Source: Clostridia bacterium (GTDB lineage: Bacteria; Bacillota; Clostridia; RGIG6154). Taken from it: DNA of 64,000 nt. Position 1 is the stretch's first letter, and the number at the start of each line of letters is the position of its first letter. The translations under genes were made by a program, and so were the position numbers. The stretch lies in the NCBI GenBank assembly GCA_045589295.1, contig JAZNOU010000012.1:64001-128000 (forward strand), written 5' to 3'. Below the pieces are notes generated by a model that saw only the letters and a program-made list of their open reading frames with translations, was not told where the DNA came from and did not search any database. Of this stretch, positions 38,253 through 48,911 are shown piece after piece.

Positions 38253-39662
38253 TTATTGTAATTTGTTGCTTTTAGCAGCTTTTGCAACAAGTGGTGCTAA
38301 AGCAAAGAGTGCGATGGCGTTAGGAAGTACCATAAACTGATTGAAGGTATCCTGAGTGAGCCAAACGAGTTCGTTTTCCTGAACAACTGTTCCTACAAAT
38401 ACAAACACAACAGAAATTATTGAGTAAATAATTTTTGATTTTTTGCCGAAGAGATAGTTGAAGTTGATTTCACCAAACATATTCCAGCTGATGATTGTTG
38501 TAAATGCAAAGAACATAAGGCAGATTGCAACGTAAGCATTACCAATAGATGAGCCAAATACTCCGCCAAATGCCATCTGTGCGACATTTGTTTTGTTAAT
38601 TCCTGCGTCTGCCATAAGCTGAGCGTAAGATGCACCGTCTGCACCAGCGAGTGCTCCGTTACCTGTGTAAGTGCATGTAATAACAACTAAAGCTGTCATT
38701 GTAAGAACTACAAAAGTATCAAGGAATACACCCATCATAGCAGAAACACCCTGATCGTGTGGCTTTTTAACGTTTGCCATAGCGTGCGCGTGAGGGGTTG
38801 AACCCATACCAGCTTCGTTTGAGAAAAGACCACGTTTTGCACCCTGGCTGATTGCAGTTTTAAGAGCAATACCGATACCACCACCGATTAAAGCCTGAGG
38901 CTGGAATGCATATTTAAAGATTGCGCCGAATGCTTCAGGAACTCTTGCGATATTAACTGCTAAAACAACAAGACTACCAACTATGTACAAAATTGCCATA
39001 AGTGGAACGATTTTTTCTGCAGTTGCTGCAATTCTCTGTGCACCACCGATAACGATAAATGCAACGATAACTGCCAAAACAAGACCTGTTACCCATGTTG
39101 GGATTGCAAATGCAGTGTTAATTGTAGCACCGATTGAGTTTGACTGAACCATACCGCCGATAAAACCGAGCGAAATTACAGTAGCAATTGCGAAAAATCC
39201 TGCAAGGAACTTACCAAATGCGCCTTTAAATGCTGACTTAATGTAGTAAATAGGACCGCCGTGAACAGTACCGTCGCTATCCACCATTCTTGTTTCCTGA
39301 GCCAAAACTGCTTCTGCGTAAATTGTAGCCATACCTAAAAATGCGATAATCCACATCCAGAAGATAGCACCAGGACCACCGGTAAGAATAGCACCAGAAG
39401 CACCTACGATATTACCTGTACCAACCTGACCTGCAACAGCAGTTGCTAACGCCTGGAATGAACTCATACCGCTTTTTTGTTTTCCGCCCTTTAAAGAAAA
39501 GTTGCCGAAAACATTTTTCATTCCTTCGCCAAAACAACGAACCTGAACAAATCTTGTCTTGAAAGAGAAGAAAAGTCCAACTGCTACGAGCAAAATAATA
39601 AGCACGTAGTCTGCCATGTAGGTGTTAATTACACCCATGACATCAAGTAACCATTTTTCCAT
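38253..39662 (-). CDS. Alanine/glycine:cation symporter (AGCS family)
   Basis: VGTGNI, GGPGAIFWMW, RGLFSNEAGMGS. Confidence 0.95.
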   Translation of the reverse strand: MEKWLLDVMGVINTYMADYVLIILLVAVGLFFSFKTRFVQVRCFGEGMKNVFGNFSLKGGKQKSGMSSFQALATAVAGQVGTGNIVGASGAILTGGPGAIFWMWIIAFLGMATIYAEAVLAQETRMVDSDGTVHGGPIYYIKSAFKGAFGKFLAGFFAIATVISLGFIGGMVQSNSIGATINTAFAIPTWVTGLVLAVIVAFIVIGGAQRIAATAEKIVPLMAILYIVGSLVVLAVNIARVPEAFGAIFKYAFQPQALIGGGIGIALKTAISQGAKRGLFSNEAGMGSTPHAHAMANVKKPHDQGVSAMMGVFLDTFVVLTMTALVVITCTYTGNGALAGADGASYAQLMADAGINKTNVAQMAFGGVFGSSIGNAYVAICLMFFAFTTIISWNMFGEINFNYLFGKKSKIIYSIISVVFVFVGTVVQENELVWLTQDTFNQFMVLPNAIALFALAPLVAKAAKSNKLQ

Positions 39663-39756
39663 TTTAAATTCCTCCTAAAAAATTTTTGGAAAAAAAAATT
39701 GCCGATATAAAACCAGCAACTCCGGAAAACATAGGGGCATTATAAAGAATTTACCC

Positions 39757-39886
39757 ACTCTGTCCTTTCGCCTGAGAGATTCAGCATATAGCTTTGCACC
39801 TTCGGCACTCATTTAAGAGATTCTCCAGAGTTCCCTACGCAAAGCGGTCTTAAAAAATTCCGCTCGCATCAAAGGGAATATTCAAC
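39757..39886 (-). ncRNA. Glycine riboswitch (single aptamer with 5' ghost hairpin)
   Basis: Minus strand CTCTGGAGA...GCCGAAGGTGCAA...CTCTCAGGCGAAAGGACAGAG upstream of the AGCS symporter. Confidence 0.88.
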
Positions 39887-39958
39887 TTTAGCATAGTATA
39901 TCACTAAATTCTTGCTTTGTCAACACAAAAATAAAAAAAAGAGCAAATTTTGCTCTTT

Positions 39959-41011
39959 TTAAAGTTGAATTTGGTTTTTGCGCTCTCTGGAATTAAACAT
40001 ATTGTCAAAAAATTCGATATTGTCAAGTGAAGCACCTGTGCCTACTGCAACACACGATACTGCGTCGGGTGCAACTTCTACTTTTATGCCTGTTTCTCTT
40101 TGCAAAAGCTGGTCAAGGCCGTAAATAAGGCTTCCTCCGCCAGTTAAAACAATTCCTCTTGTACTAATGTCACCGATAAGCTCGGGTGGGGTGTCTTCTA
40201 AAACAGTATGAATTGCATCGCAAATCTGAAGAACAGGTTCTTCTAATGCCTCAAAGGTTTCTTCAGAGGTTATCGTAATAGTTTCAGGAAGACCTGACAC
40301 AAGGCTTCTTCCTTTAAAGGTACAGCTTACAGACTCGTCCCTGAAATAAACACTCCCGATTTGCATTTTTATATCTTCTGCAGTTCTTTCGCCGATTGCA
40401 ACAGAATATTTCTTTCTTATATATTTAATAATAGCTTCGTCAAACTTGTCGCCCGCACACTTAATTGATGTGCTTGTAACAACTCCGCCAAGCGAAATTA
40501 CTGCAACGTCTGTTGTTCCGCCGCCGATATCAACAACCATTGAGCCGTAAGGTTTGGTGATGTCAATTCCTGCACCGATTGCAGCAGCAATAGGTTCTTC
40601 GATTAAGTGAACACTTCTTGCACCTGCATTCATACAAGCATCAACTACGGCACGCTGTTCAACCTCTGTTACTCCGCTTGGAACACAAACTACAACGCGC
40701 GGCTTGAAAACTTTTGATGCGTTAACCTTGCCCAAAAAATACTTGAGCATTTTTTCAGTTGTTTCATAGTCCGAAATAACACCATCGCGAAGCGGACGGA
40801 TTGCAATTATATTCCCAGGGGTTCTGCCTATCATCTCCTGAGCCTCAATTCCAACCTTTAATACCTTTTTGGTAGTGCCGTCAAGGGCAACAACAGAAGG
40901 CTCTCTTATAACAATTCCCTTGTCCTTTACATAAACCAAAACAGTTGCGGTGCCAAGGTCAATTCCTATATCTGTGCCAACCCCAAATAAATTTTTAAAA
41001 AACTCAAACAT
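39959..41011 (-). CDS. mreB: Rod shape-determining protein, MreB/Mbl family
   Basis: IGIDLGTA, EPSVVA, VDIGGGTT, LTGGG; stand-alone, so possibly an mbl paralog. Confidence 0.9.
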   Translation of the reverse strand: MFEFFKNLFGVGTDIGIDLGTATVLVYVKDKGIVIREPSVVALDGTTKKVLKVGIEAQEMIGRTPGNIIAIRPLRDGVISDYETTEKMLKYFLGKVNASKVFKPRVVVCVPSGVTEVEQRAVVDACMNAGARSVHLIEEPIAAAIGAGIDITKPYGSMVVDIGGGTTDVAVISLGGVVTSTSIKCAGDKFDEAIIKYIRKKYSVAIGERTAEDIKMQIGSVYFRDESVSCTFKGRSLVSGLPETITITSEETFEALEEPVLQICDAIHTVLEDTPPELIGDISTRGIVLTGGGSLIYGLDQLLQRETGIKVEVAPDAVSCVAVGTGASLDNIEFFDNMFNSRERKNQIQL

Positions 41012-41130
41012 ACTTTAACTCCTTATCATTGTATATCTATTGTACCATATTTTTTAAAAAAAGCAATAATATTTGACTTGATTTTTTGGTTTTTTTATGG
41101 TATAATAACAGAAGATAATTTTTCGGGGAG

Positions 41131-42741
41131 ATGAATATTATGAAAAAGGCAATTGCTTTATTGCTTGGAGCTATTATGATGCTTTCGTCCGTTTCATGCT
41201 TTGCGGTGGAAGCGACACATAATGAATTACATAAAAATGTTTATGTAGAAGGGAAAGTTAAAGAGTATATTGAAGACAAAGAACTTGTGTTTACATTAAC
41301 GGTTGGCGATGAGATTGTGTATGTTAATGAAGGTGTTGTTAACAAAGATGGCACTTATAAAATTAAGTTTTACCACACAGGAAGCCTTGACGATGCAAAA
41401 ATTAATGTAAAATATGCAGATGAAGATGTTACTACATCAGTAGTTAATGTTAGTGCAACAAGTCAGATTATAGAGGCTGATGTTTATGTTACTGACAAAA
41501 ATGATAAAAGTTATGACGCAGAAATTGACAAAACCATTCCTAAAAAGACATATGCCGAAAAAACTGTTAACGGCGTTACTTTGCCCTATCGTGAATATAC
41601 AAGCGTGTACGCTCCTGAAACTCGTGATGGCTTGAAGGCGGTTGTAAATCTTAAAAATAAATTTGCTTTTGAAGATAAAGTTACAGTTATGGTAGCGGCT
41701 TACGATATAAATAACAAGCTTTTGGGTTGTAAAATTGAAAAATTTGATGTTATGTATGGTTATAACGGCGAAAAACAGGTAGTTGAAACTGCAGATGTTG
41801 TTGTTCCTGAAGGAACTGTAACAGCTAAAGCATTTTGCTGGAGTTCAACATCTGACCTTTTTGCTTATGGAAAAGAAGCGGACGGAACGCTTCCAAAGGT
41901 AGATATCTTCTGTATAGGAGACTCTTTCTGTCAGGATTATTTAGACAGAACATGGTATCCCGAATCTGGTTGGGGAACACATCTTATAGATTATTTTAAT
42001 GAAGAATATGTTACAGTAAAAAATTATGGTAAATCAGGTGGATGGGCACAGTCAATTATGAGTAACACCAATGACCCTATTTATCAGAATAATATTGCAG
42101 AGGGCAAAGAGCCTACAGACGGAATGTATGGTTGGGGTTACTGGAATAAGATGCTTAATGATAATGATTTTAGTGAGGGTGATTATATTATCGTATCTCT
42201 CGGTCTTAATGATACATATCTAAAAGGACCAAATGGCATGCCTGCTGTTGATTGGTATGGTATGGGCATTGAAGAAATGGTTAAAAGTGCGCAAAAAAAT
42301 AAGGCTAACATTATCCTCTGCTCACCAATGCTCCGTGCAAGTGTTGAGGCACCTACAGAGACAAGAGCACTTATCACAAGAACCGAAGAGATTGCTAATA
42401 AGTATGGTGTTACTTACCTTAACGTAAATGATGCGTTGGAAGCACAGTACGCAGAAGAATTTGGTTATGTTAAAGGTGAAACAACTGAAGCAGAAAAAGA
42501 AAAAATAGTAAGAGAAATTTATTCAAAATATTATCTTGACAGAGATGCTTTAAAAGATAAGAACCATGAATTCCATCTTACGGATGAAGAACGTGCAAAT
42601 CATATGCAGAGCACTATGAAAGATGAACATACAGACGGACTTAATTCTCATCCTAATTTAAGGGGTGCAGATAATATGGCAAGATGGATTGCAGTGCTTT
42701 TGAAAGATACTGATTCAGATTTGCGTTTCTACGTAAAATAA
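41131..42741 (+). CDS. Secreted SGNH/GDSL esterase (rhamnogalacturonan acetylesterase-like)
   Basis: Signal peptide; IGDS, GWG, GKSGG, LGLND, SHPN.RG. Confidence 0.75.
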   Translation: MNIMKKAIALLLGAIMMLSSVSCFAVEATHNELHKNVYVEGKVKEYIEDKELVFTLTVGDEIVYVNEGVVNKDGTYKIKFYHTGSLDDAKINVKYADEDVTTSVVNVSATSQIIEADVYVTDKNDKSYDAEIDKTIPKKTYAEKTVNGVTLPYREYTSVYAPETRDGLKAVVNLKNKFAFEDKVTVMVAAYDINNKLLGCKIEKFDVMYGYNGEKQVVETADVVVPEGTVTAKAFCWSSTSDLFAYGKEADGTLPKVDIFCIGDSFCQDYLDRTWYPESGWGTHLIDYFNEEYVTVKNYGKSGGWAQSIMSNTNDPIYQNNIAEGKEPTDGMYGWGYWNKMLNDNDFSEGDYIIVSLGLNDTYLKGPNGMPAVDWYGMGIEEMVKSAQKNKANIILCSPMLRASVEAPTETRALITRTEEIANKYGVTYLNVNDALEAQYAEEFGYVKGETTEAEKEKIVREIYSKYYLDRDALKDKNHEFHLTDEERANHMQSTMKDEHTDGLNSHPNLRGADNMARWIAVLLKDTDSDLRFYVK

Positions 42742-42847
42742 CAAAAACAAACCGCGCTTTAAAGCGCGGTTTGTTTTTGTTATTACAATATTGATTTTTT
42801 GAGTTTTTTATGGTATTATTTAATGTAGAATAAAAAGGGGTGATAAA

Positions 42848-43477
42848 ATGTCGATACAACAAAATCTGGAGAACATTAAGGCTCAAATCGGCACGGCACA
42901 GCTTATATGTGTGAGCAAATATCACACCGAGGAAGAAATTATGCAGGCGTACAATCTGGGGCAAAGAGATTTTGGCGAGAACAAAGTGCAAGACCTTGTT
43001 AAAAAGCGGGAAAATCTTCCAAAAGACATAAGATGGCACTTAATCGGGCATTTACAGACCAATAAGGTTAAATATATAATAGGAAAAACTCATCTTATTC
43101 AGTCGGTTGACCGATTTGAACTGGCGGAACTTATTAATAAAAAGTCTTTTGATGCAGATGTTGTTACAGATGTGCTTGTTCAGGTTAACTCAACGGGCAT
43201 TGAGTCAAGGTTTGGCGTAGATCCCGAAAAAACAGTTGAGTTTATAAAACAGATTTCTGAGTTTAAAAACATAAATATAAAAGGCATTATGGGAATGGCA
43301 CCCATTTGCGACAACCCAAAGGATTATTTTGACAAGCTGAAAAAATTATTTGATGAGTGCAAGGCACTTGGAATTTTAAATGGCGATATTCTTTCCATGG
43401 GTATGAGTGGTGACTACAAAAGTGCAGTACAGGCGGGCAGCACAATGGTGAGAATAGGCAGTAAAATTTTTGCATGA
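42848..43477 (+). CDS. yggS: PLP homeostasis protein
   Basis: VSK, FGENKVQ, WHLIGHLQTNK, LSMGMSGD, VRIGS.IF. Confidence 0.95.
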   Translation: MSIQQNLENIKAQIGTAQLICVSKYHTEEEIMQAYNLGQRDFGENKVQDLVKKRENLPKDIRWHLIGHLQTNKVKYIIGKTHLIQSVDRFELAELINKKSFDADVVTDVLVQVNSTGIESRFGVDPEKTVEFIKQISEFKNINIKGIMGMAPICDNPKDYFDKLKKLFDECKALGILNGDILSMGMSGDYKSAVQAGSTMVRIGSKIFA

Positions 43478-43490
43478 GGGGGCAATAAAA

Positions 43491-44696
43491 ATGAAATATG
43501 TTGTATTTTTAGGAGACGGAATGGCGGATTTCCCTGTAAAAGAATTGGGGAATAAGACGCCTTTAGAGGTGGCAAATAAGCCGAATATTGATTTTCTTGC
43601 ATCAAAGGGAATTTCGGGAATGATTAAAACAGTTCCTGACGGAATGAAACCCGGCAGTGATGTTGCAAATTTAGGAGCGATGGGTTTTGACCCTAAAAAA
43701 TATTACACGGGACGTTCGCCGCTTGAGGCAGTGAGTGTTGGTATAAAACTTTTAGATGATGACATTACTTTCAGGGCAAATCTTGTAACGCTTTCAGATG
43801 AAGAAAATTACGAAGATAAAACAATGATTGATTACAGCTCGGATGAAATTACAACACAAGAGGCGACAATTCTAATAAATGACCTTGCAAAAGAGCTTAA
43901 CACAGATGTTTATAAGTTTTATCCAGGTTTTTCATATCGCCACGTGCTTGTGTGGAATGGCGGACACACCGATTTTGAATTAACACCGCCTCACGATATT
44001 ACGGGCAAAAAAGTAACAGATTATCTTCCTAAGGGTAAAAACAGCGAAGCACTTTTAAATTTTATGAAAAAAAGCTGTGAGATTTTAAAAGAGCATCCGA
44101 TAAACAAAAAGCGAATTGAAAAAGGCTTAAGACCTGCATCAAGTCTGTGGGTATGGGGAGAGGGCAAAAAAGCGGTTCTTCCGGAATTTGAGAAAATGAG
44201 AGGATTAAAAGGTGCGGTAGTTTCTGCGGTTGACCTTATTAAAGGTATCGGAATGAGTGCAAAAATGACTTGCGCCGAGGTTGAGGGTGCGACAGGTAAT
44301 ATTCATACCAATTTTGATGGCAAGGCAAAAGCTGCAATTGACCTTTTAAAAGACCACGACTTTGTTTATATTCACGTTGAAGCACCCGATGAGTGCGGAC
44401 ACAGAGCGGAAATCGAAAACAAAGTTAAATCTATTGAAATTATAGATAAGAAAATCGTAGGACCTGTTTTGGAATATCTTAATCAGACAGGAGAAAATTA
44501 CAAGGCGTTGGTTATGCCTGACCATCCTACACCGCTTGAGTTAATGACGCACGTTTCAGACCCAGTTCCTTTCGTTGTTTATGAAAAAAATAACGAAAAA
44601 GAGAATGAAATTAAAGTGTATACCGAAGAAAGTTGCAAAAAAAGTAAAATTTTCTATCAAGACGGATATAAACTTATGGATGATTTTATTGGTTAA
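43491..44696 (+). CDS. apgM: Cofactor-independent phosphoglycerate mutase (archaeal type)
   Basis: GDGMAD, PGSDVAN, HVEAPDECGH, PDHPTP..TH. Confidence 0.9.
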   Translation: MKYVVFLGDGMADFPVKELGNKTPLEVANKPNIDFLASKGISGMIKTVPDGMKPGSDVANLGAMGFDPKKYYTGRSPLEAVSVGIKLLDDDITFRANLVTLSDEENYEDKTMIDYSSDEITTQEATILINDLAKELNTDVYKFYPGFSYRHVLVWNGGHTDFELTPPHDITGKKVTDYLPKGKNSEALLNFMKKSCEILKEHPINKKRIEKGLRPASSLWVWGEGKKAVLPEFEKMRGLKGAVVSAVDLIKGIGMSAKMTCAEVEGATGNIHTNFDGKAKAAIDLLKDHDFVYIHVEAPDECGHRAEIENKVKSIEIIDKKIVGPVLEYLNQTGENYKALVMPDHPTPLELMTHVSDPVPFVVYEKNNEKENEIKVYTEESCKKSKIFYQDGYKLMDDFIG

Positions 44697-44707
44697 TTAA
44701 ATATATG

Positions 44708-44746
44708 TAAAAGTCAGGACGTATGCCCTGACTTTTTATGATTTTA
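44708..44746 (-). repeat. Dispersed hairpin repeat, copy D (hairpin 1 only)
   Basis: AAAAGTCAGG-acgtatgc-CCTGACTTTTTATGATTTTA matches the end of copies A and B. Confidence 0.65.
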
Positions 44747-44750
44747 AAAC

Positions 44751-44846
44751 TTATCTGTTTTCGTTGTTTTTCTGGTTGTTGTTTTTTTGCTGATTGTTGT
44801 TCTGGTTGTTTTGTTTGTTGTTTTTGATTTCTTTGTTCTTTTCCAT
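44751..44846 (-). CDS. 31-aa Asn/Gln/Lys-rich micro-protein (not in ORF track)
   Basis: MEKNKEIKNNKQNNQNNNQQKNNNQKNNENR; RBS GAAAGAAGG. Confidence 0.6.
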   Translation of the reverse strand: MEKNKEIKNNKQNNQNNNQQKNNNQKNNENR

Positions 44847-45090
44847 TTTTAAAGCCTTCTTTCTTTAAAAAATTTGATATATATAAAGGTTACGTAACCA
44901 ATACTATTGTTAGCTTAATTTATAAAAAATATTATAATTTTTGATTAGCAAATATTTCAAAAATTTGGTTAAAATTGTTGATTTTTAAAATGTTTGGTGA
45001 TATAATATACGTTGGGTTAAGTTGTGAAAGTGTTTTTTGATAAAAGCACTTTAAGATACATAATACTATTTTCAAAAAGGAGGCTTTAAA

Positions 45091-45366
45091 ATGACCGGAA
45101 TACCAAACTGGTTCGTAGTTGTAATGGGTATAGGCACAGTTTTCGTTGGTCTTATCTGCATTATTTTACTTTGCAATCTGCTTGGCGCAGTATGTAAAGG
45201 TCTTGTAAAAGAAAGTCCTGTAAAAGAAGCAGAAGCACCTGTAAAAAGCAGTTTACCAATGCCTGCTAACAAACAGGAAATTTTAGCCGGAGTTTGCGCA
45301 GTTATTGCAGAAGAACTCGGCACAGATGTAGAAGCACTTAAAGTAGTATCATTTAAAAGAGTATAA
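45091..45366 (+). CDS. oadG: Na+-translocating decarboxylase gamma/delta subunit (OadG family)
   Basis: MGIGTVFVGL TM, then AVIAEE. Confidence 0.8.
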   Translation: MTGIPNWFVVVMGIGTVFVGLICIILLCNLLGAVCKGLVKESPVKEAEAPVKSSLPMPANKQEILAGVCAVIAEELGTDVEALKVVSFKRV

Positions 45367-45384
45367 TTTTGGAGGTAATTTAAA

Positions 45385-45750
45385 ATGAAAAAGTATAAGG
45401 TTAATGTTAATGGAACAGATTATGAAATCGCAGTAGAATTAATTGGCGAAGCAGAAGCTAAAGCAGCACCTGCTCCTCAGGCTCCTGCAGCTGAAGCTCC
45501 AAAGGCAGCAGCTCCTGCGCCTCAAGCTAACGGTGAAGGTGAAAAAGTTGAAGCTCCAATGCCTGGTAATATCATTGATATCAAAGTTGCAGTTGGTGAC
45601 AGCGTTAAAGCAGGTCAGGTATTAGTAATTTTAGAAGCTATGAAAATGGAAAATGAAATTATGGCAGGTGTAGACGGTACAGTTACTTCAATCGGAGTTA
45701 CAAAAGGTTCAACAGTTGAAGCTGGCACTGTGCTTTTAACAATTAAATAA
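45385..45750 (+). CDS. Biotin carboxyl carrier protein
   Basis: Ala/Pro linker, APMPG, EAMKMENE. Confidence 0.93.
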   Translation: MKKYKVNVNGTDYEIAVELIGEAEAKAAPAPQAPAAEAPKAAAPAPQANGEGEKVEAPMPGNIIDIKVAVGDSVKAGQVLVILEAMKMENEIMAGVDGTVTSIGVTKGSTVEAGTVLLTIK

Positions 45751-45768
45751 TAAACGGAGCGAATTATC

Positions 45769-47367
45769 ATGAAAAAATTATTTGCAGCACTTTTAGCATG
45801 CCTCATTGTTTTCTCAAGCTTTTTGGTATGCTTTGCAGATGGTGAGATTATTTCTGTTAAAAATGCCAAATACGAAGAAGGCATTTTAACATTTGCTATC
45901 GCAAACACCACAAAAACAAATATTTCTGATTCTATGATTGCTTTTGTATATGATGAAAACGAAGTAGAAATCATAGATTATATGGGCGGCTTTATGACCG
46001 GCGAAATTAAAGGCGGCATGGAAAAAGACGTAAAAGTTGCAGTTAACATCAAAGATTTTGATGAAAAAAATCCGCCGAAAATCGGTCTTGAATTTCAGTA
46101 CATAGAAGAAATGGGAGCGGTTGATACAACGGCTCAGCAGGGAATAAAAGCGCAGTCAATTGATAACATCTTCCCTGAAAGCACAACTCCTATGCAGGCA
46201 GTTAAAAACTTTTTAGGACAGACAGGCTTTAAAGCACTTGCTGACAATTACAAGCTTATCATTATGCTTTTAATTTCATTTGTGCTTATGTACCTGGCTA
46301 TTGTTAAACAGTTTGAACCGCTTTTGCTTTTGCCAATTGCATTTGGTATGATGCTTACAAATCTTCCTGGTGCTGGTATGTTTCACGAAGAATTGTTTGC
46401 AGATGGCCATGTTCACTGGGAGCTTTTCTCAGCATCAAACACTATTACTGTAGGACTTATTGATATTTTATACCTTGGCGTAAAGCTTGGAATTTATCCT
46501 TGCCTTATCTTCTTGGGCGTTGGTGCAATGACAGACTTCGAGCCTTTAATTGCTAATCCTAAGAGTCTTTTGTTGGGTGCAGCGGCTCAGCTTGGTATCT
46601 TTATAACATTTATTGCAGCAAGTTACTTAGGCTTTAATGCAGCAGAAGGCGGTTCAATCGGTATTATCGGCGGTGCAGACGGCCCTACAGCAACCTTTGT
46701 TACATCAAAGCTTGCACCACATCTTTTAGGACCTATCGCGGTTGCAGCTTATTCATATATGGCGCTTGTTCCTGTAATTCAGCCGCCTATTATGAAAGCT
46801 CTTACAACAAAAGCAGAAAGACAGATTGTTATGAAACCGCTTAGAAAGGTTTCAAAAACAGAAAAAATCTTGTTCCCAATTGCAGTTACAGTTTTTGTAA
46901 CACTTTTAGTACCATCTGCAGGTCCGTTAGTTGGATGCTTGATGCTTGGTAACCTTGCAAGAGAATGCGGCGTTGTTGACAGAATTTCAAAAACTGCTCA
47001 GAACGAACTTATGAACATTGTAACAATTTTCCTTGGAATTTCTGTTGGTGCAACAGCTACAGCTAACACATTCCTTTCATTTGCTACAATTAAAATCATT
47101 ATTATGGGCGTAGTGGCATTTGGTGTTGGTACAGCAGGCGGTGTGTTACTTGCTAAATTTATGAACTTGTTCTTAAAGAACAAAATCAATCCTTTAATCG
47201 GTTCTGCAGGCGTGTCTGCTGTTCCGATGGCGGCACGTGTTTCACAGACAGTAGGTCAGAAGGAAAACCCGAAAAACTTCCTTCTTATGCATGCTATGGG
47301 ACCAAACGTTGCAGGCGTTATCGGTTCTGCAATCGCAGCAGGTGTGTTAATCGCATTATTCGGTTAA
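45769..47367 (+). CDS. oadB: Na+-translocating decarboxylase beta subunit with N-terminal extension
   Basis: [41 protein letters not shown]. Confidence 0.93.
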   Translation: MKKLFAALLACLIVFSSFLVCFADGEIISVKNAKYEEGILTFAIANTTKTNISDSMIAFVYDENEVEIIDYMGGFMTGEIKGGMEKDVKVAVNIKDFDEKNPPKIGLEFQYIEEMGAVDTTAQQGIKAQSIDNIFPESTTPMQAVKNFLGQTGFKALADNYKLIIMLLISFVLMYLAIVKQFEPLLLLPIAFGMMLTNLPGAGMFHEELFADGHVHWELFSASNTITVGLIDILYLGVKLGIYPCLIFLGVGAMTDFEPLIANPKSLLLGAAAQLGIFITFIAASYLGFNAAEGGSIGIIGGADGPTATFVTSKLAPHLLGPIAVAAYSYMALVPVIQPPIMKALTTKAERQIVMKPLRKVSKTEKILFPIAVTVFVTLLVPSAGPLVGCLMLGNLARECGVVDRISKTAQNELMNIVTIFLGISVGATATANTFLSFATIKIIIMGVVAFGVGTAGGVLLAKFMNLFLKNKINPLIGSAGVSAVPMAARVSQTVGQKENPKNFLLMHAMGPNVAGVIGSAIAAGVLIALFG

Positions 47368-47382
47368 GAAAGGATGATTTAA

Positions 47383-48765
47383 ATGTCAAAATTATATATT
47401 ACAGATACAATATTGCGTGATGCTCATCAATCACAGGCTGCTACAAGAATGAAGCTTGAAGATATGCTTCCTGCTTGTAAAATCTTAGATGACATTGGTT
47501 ACTGGTCATTAGAGTGCTGGGGTGGTGCGACATTTGACGCATGTATGAGATTTTTGAATGAAGATCCATGGGAAAGACTTCGCGAGCTTAAAAAGGCTAT
47601 GCCAAAAACAAAGCTTCAGATGTTGTTCCGCGGTCAGAATATCTTAGGTTACAAGCACTACGCAGATGATGTTGTTGAAGCGTTCTGCAAAAAGTCAATT
47701 GAAAATGGTATTGATGTTGTCAGAGTTTTTGACGCACTCAACGACCCAAGAAATATGGAAGCTGCGATTAAATATGTTAAAGAATATGGCGGAATTTGTG
47801 AAACTGCAATCAGCTACACAACAAGCCCTGTTCACAACGAAGAATACTTTGTAAAACTTGCTATGCAGCTCGAAAAAATGGGTGCAGACGTTATCTGTAT
47901 AAAGGATATGGCAAACCTTTTATTGCCATACGATGCATACAGCCTTGTTAAAAAACTTAAAGACAACGTTTCGGTTCCAATTCATCTTCACACCCACAAT
48001 ACTGCGGGAACAGGTGATATGACCAACCTTATGGCGGCTCAGGCTGGCGTTGATATTGTTGACTGTGCACTTTCACCAATGGCAAACGGTACTGCACAGC
48101 CGTCAACTGAAGCTATGGTTGCAACAATGCAGGGTACAGACAGAGATACAGGTCTTGATCTTAAGAAATTAAGCGAAGCAGCTGCTCACTTCAGAGGTAT
48201 TGCAGAAAAGATGAAAAAAGAAGGAACACTTGACCCTAAAGTGTTAAATGTTGATCCGAACGCGCTTTTATATCAGGTTCCGGGCGGAATGCTTTCAAAT
48301 CTTATTTCACAATTAAAGCAGCAGAATGCTGAAGATAAATATTATGAGGTTTTAGCTGAAATCCCAAGAGTAAGAGAAGACTTCGGTTATCCGCCGCTTG
48401 TTACACCAACTAGCCAGATTGTTGGTACTCAGGCAGTATTAAACGTACTTATGGGCAGATACAAAATGATTTCAAAAGAATCAAAAGGTGTGCTTCGTGG
48501 TGAGTACGGTGCGCTTCCTGGTAAGGTTAACGAAGAGGTAAGAAAGCTTGCTATCGGCGACGAGCAGCCTATTACCTGCCGTCCTGCAGACCTTATTGAA
48601 CCAGAAATTGAAAAATATCGTAAGGAAACTGAAGGCGTTGCAAAATGTGAAGAAGATGTACTTTCTTATGCACTCTTCCCACAGGTTGCTTCAAAATTCT
48701 TTGAAACAAGAGATAAAAAGCCAGAAGACGAAGTTAGAACACTTTACGTTAAGGATTTATCATAA
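47383..48765 (+). CDS. oadA: Oxaloacetate decarboxylase alpha / carboxyltransferase subunit (no fused biotin domain)
   Basis: RDAHQS, WGGATFD, HLHTH, QVPGGM, VTPTSQIVG. Confidence 0.9.
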   Translation: MSKLYITDTILRDAHQSQAATRMKLEDMLPACKILDDIGYWSLECWGGATFDACMRFLNEDPWERLRELKKAMPKTKLQMLFRGQNILGYKHYADDVVEAFCKKSIENGIDVVRVFDALNDPRNMEAAIKYVKEYGGICETAISYTTSPVHNEEYFVKLAMQLEKMGADVICIKDMANLLLPYDAYSLVKKLKDNVSVPIHLHTHNTAGTGDMTNLMAAQAGVDIVDCALSPMANGTAQPSTEAMVATMQGTDRDTGLDLKKLSEAAAHFRGIAEKMKKEGTLDPKVLNVDPNALLYQVPGGMLSNLISQLKQQNAEDKYYEVLAEIPRVREDFGYPPLVTPTSQIVGTQAVLNVLMGRYKMISKESKGVLRGEYGALPGKVNEEVRKLAIGDEQPITCRPADLIEPEIEKYRKETEGVAKCEEDVLSYALFPQVASKFFETRDKKPEDEVRTLYVKDLS

Positions 48766-48781
48766 GGAACGCTCTGCATTC

Positions 48782-48911
48782 CTCAAAGTGAAATTATCAT
48801 TTCACTTTGGTTACAAATTTGTCCGTTCGCACAAAGTCCCCAATGTATATTGGGGACTTTCAAATTTATAGGAATAAAATTCCAGGCACACGTCCTGGAA
48901 TTTTATGATTT
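48782..48911 (-). repeat. Dispersed three-hairpin repeat, copy B (full)
   Basis: Hairpins at 48784-48809, 48833-48860 and 48874-48906; compensatory changes relative to copy A. Confidence 0.75.

Noticed and set aside
44751-44846. Simple (GTT)n microsatellite
   Set aside because: Better explained as Asn/Gln/Lys codons of a minus-strand micro-ORF with RBS
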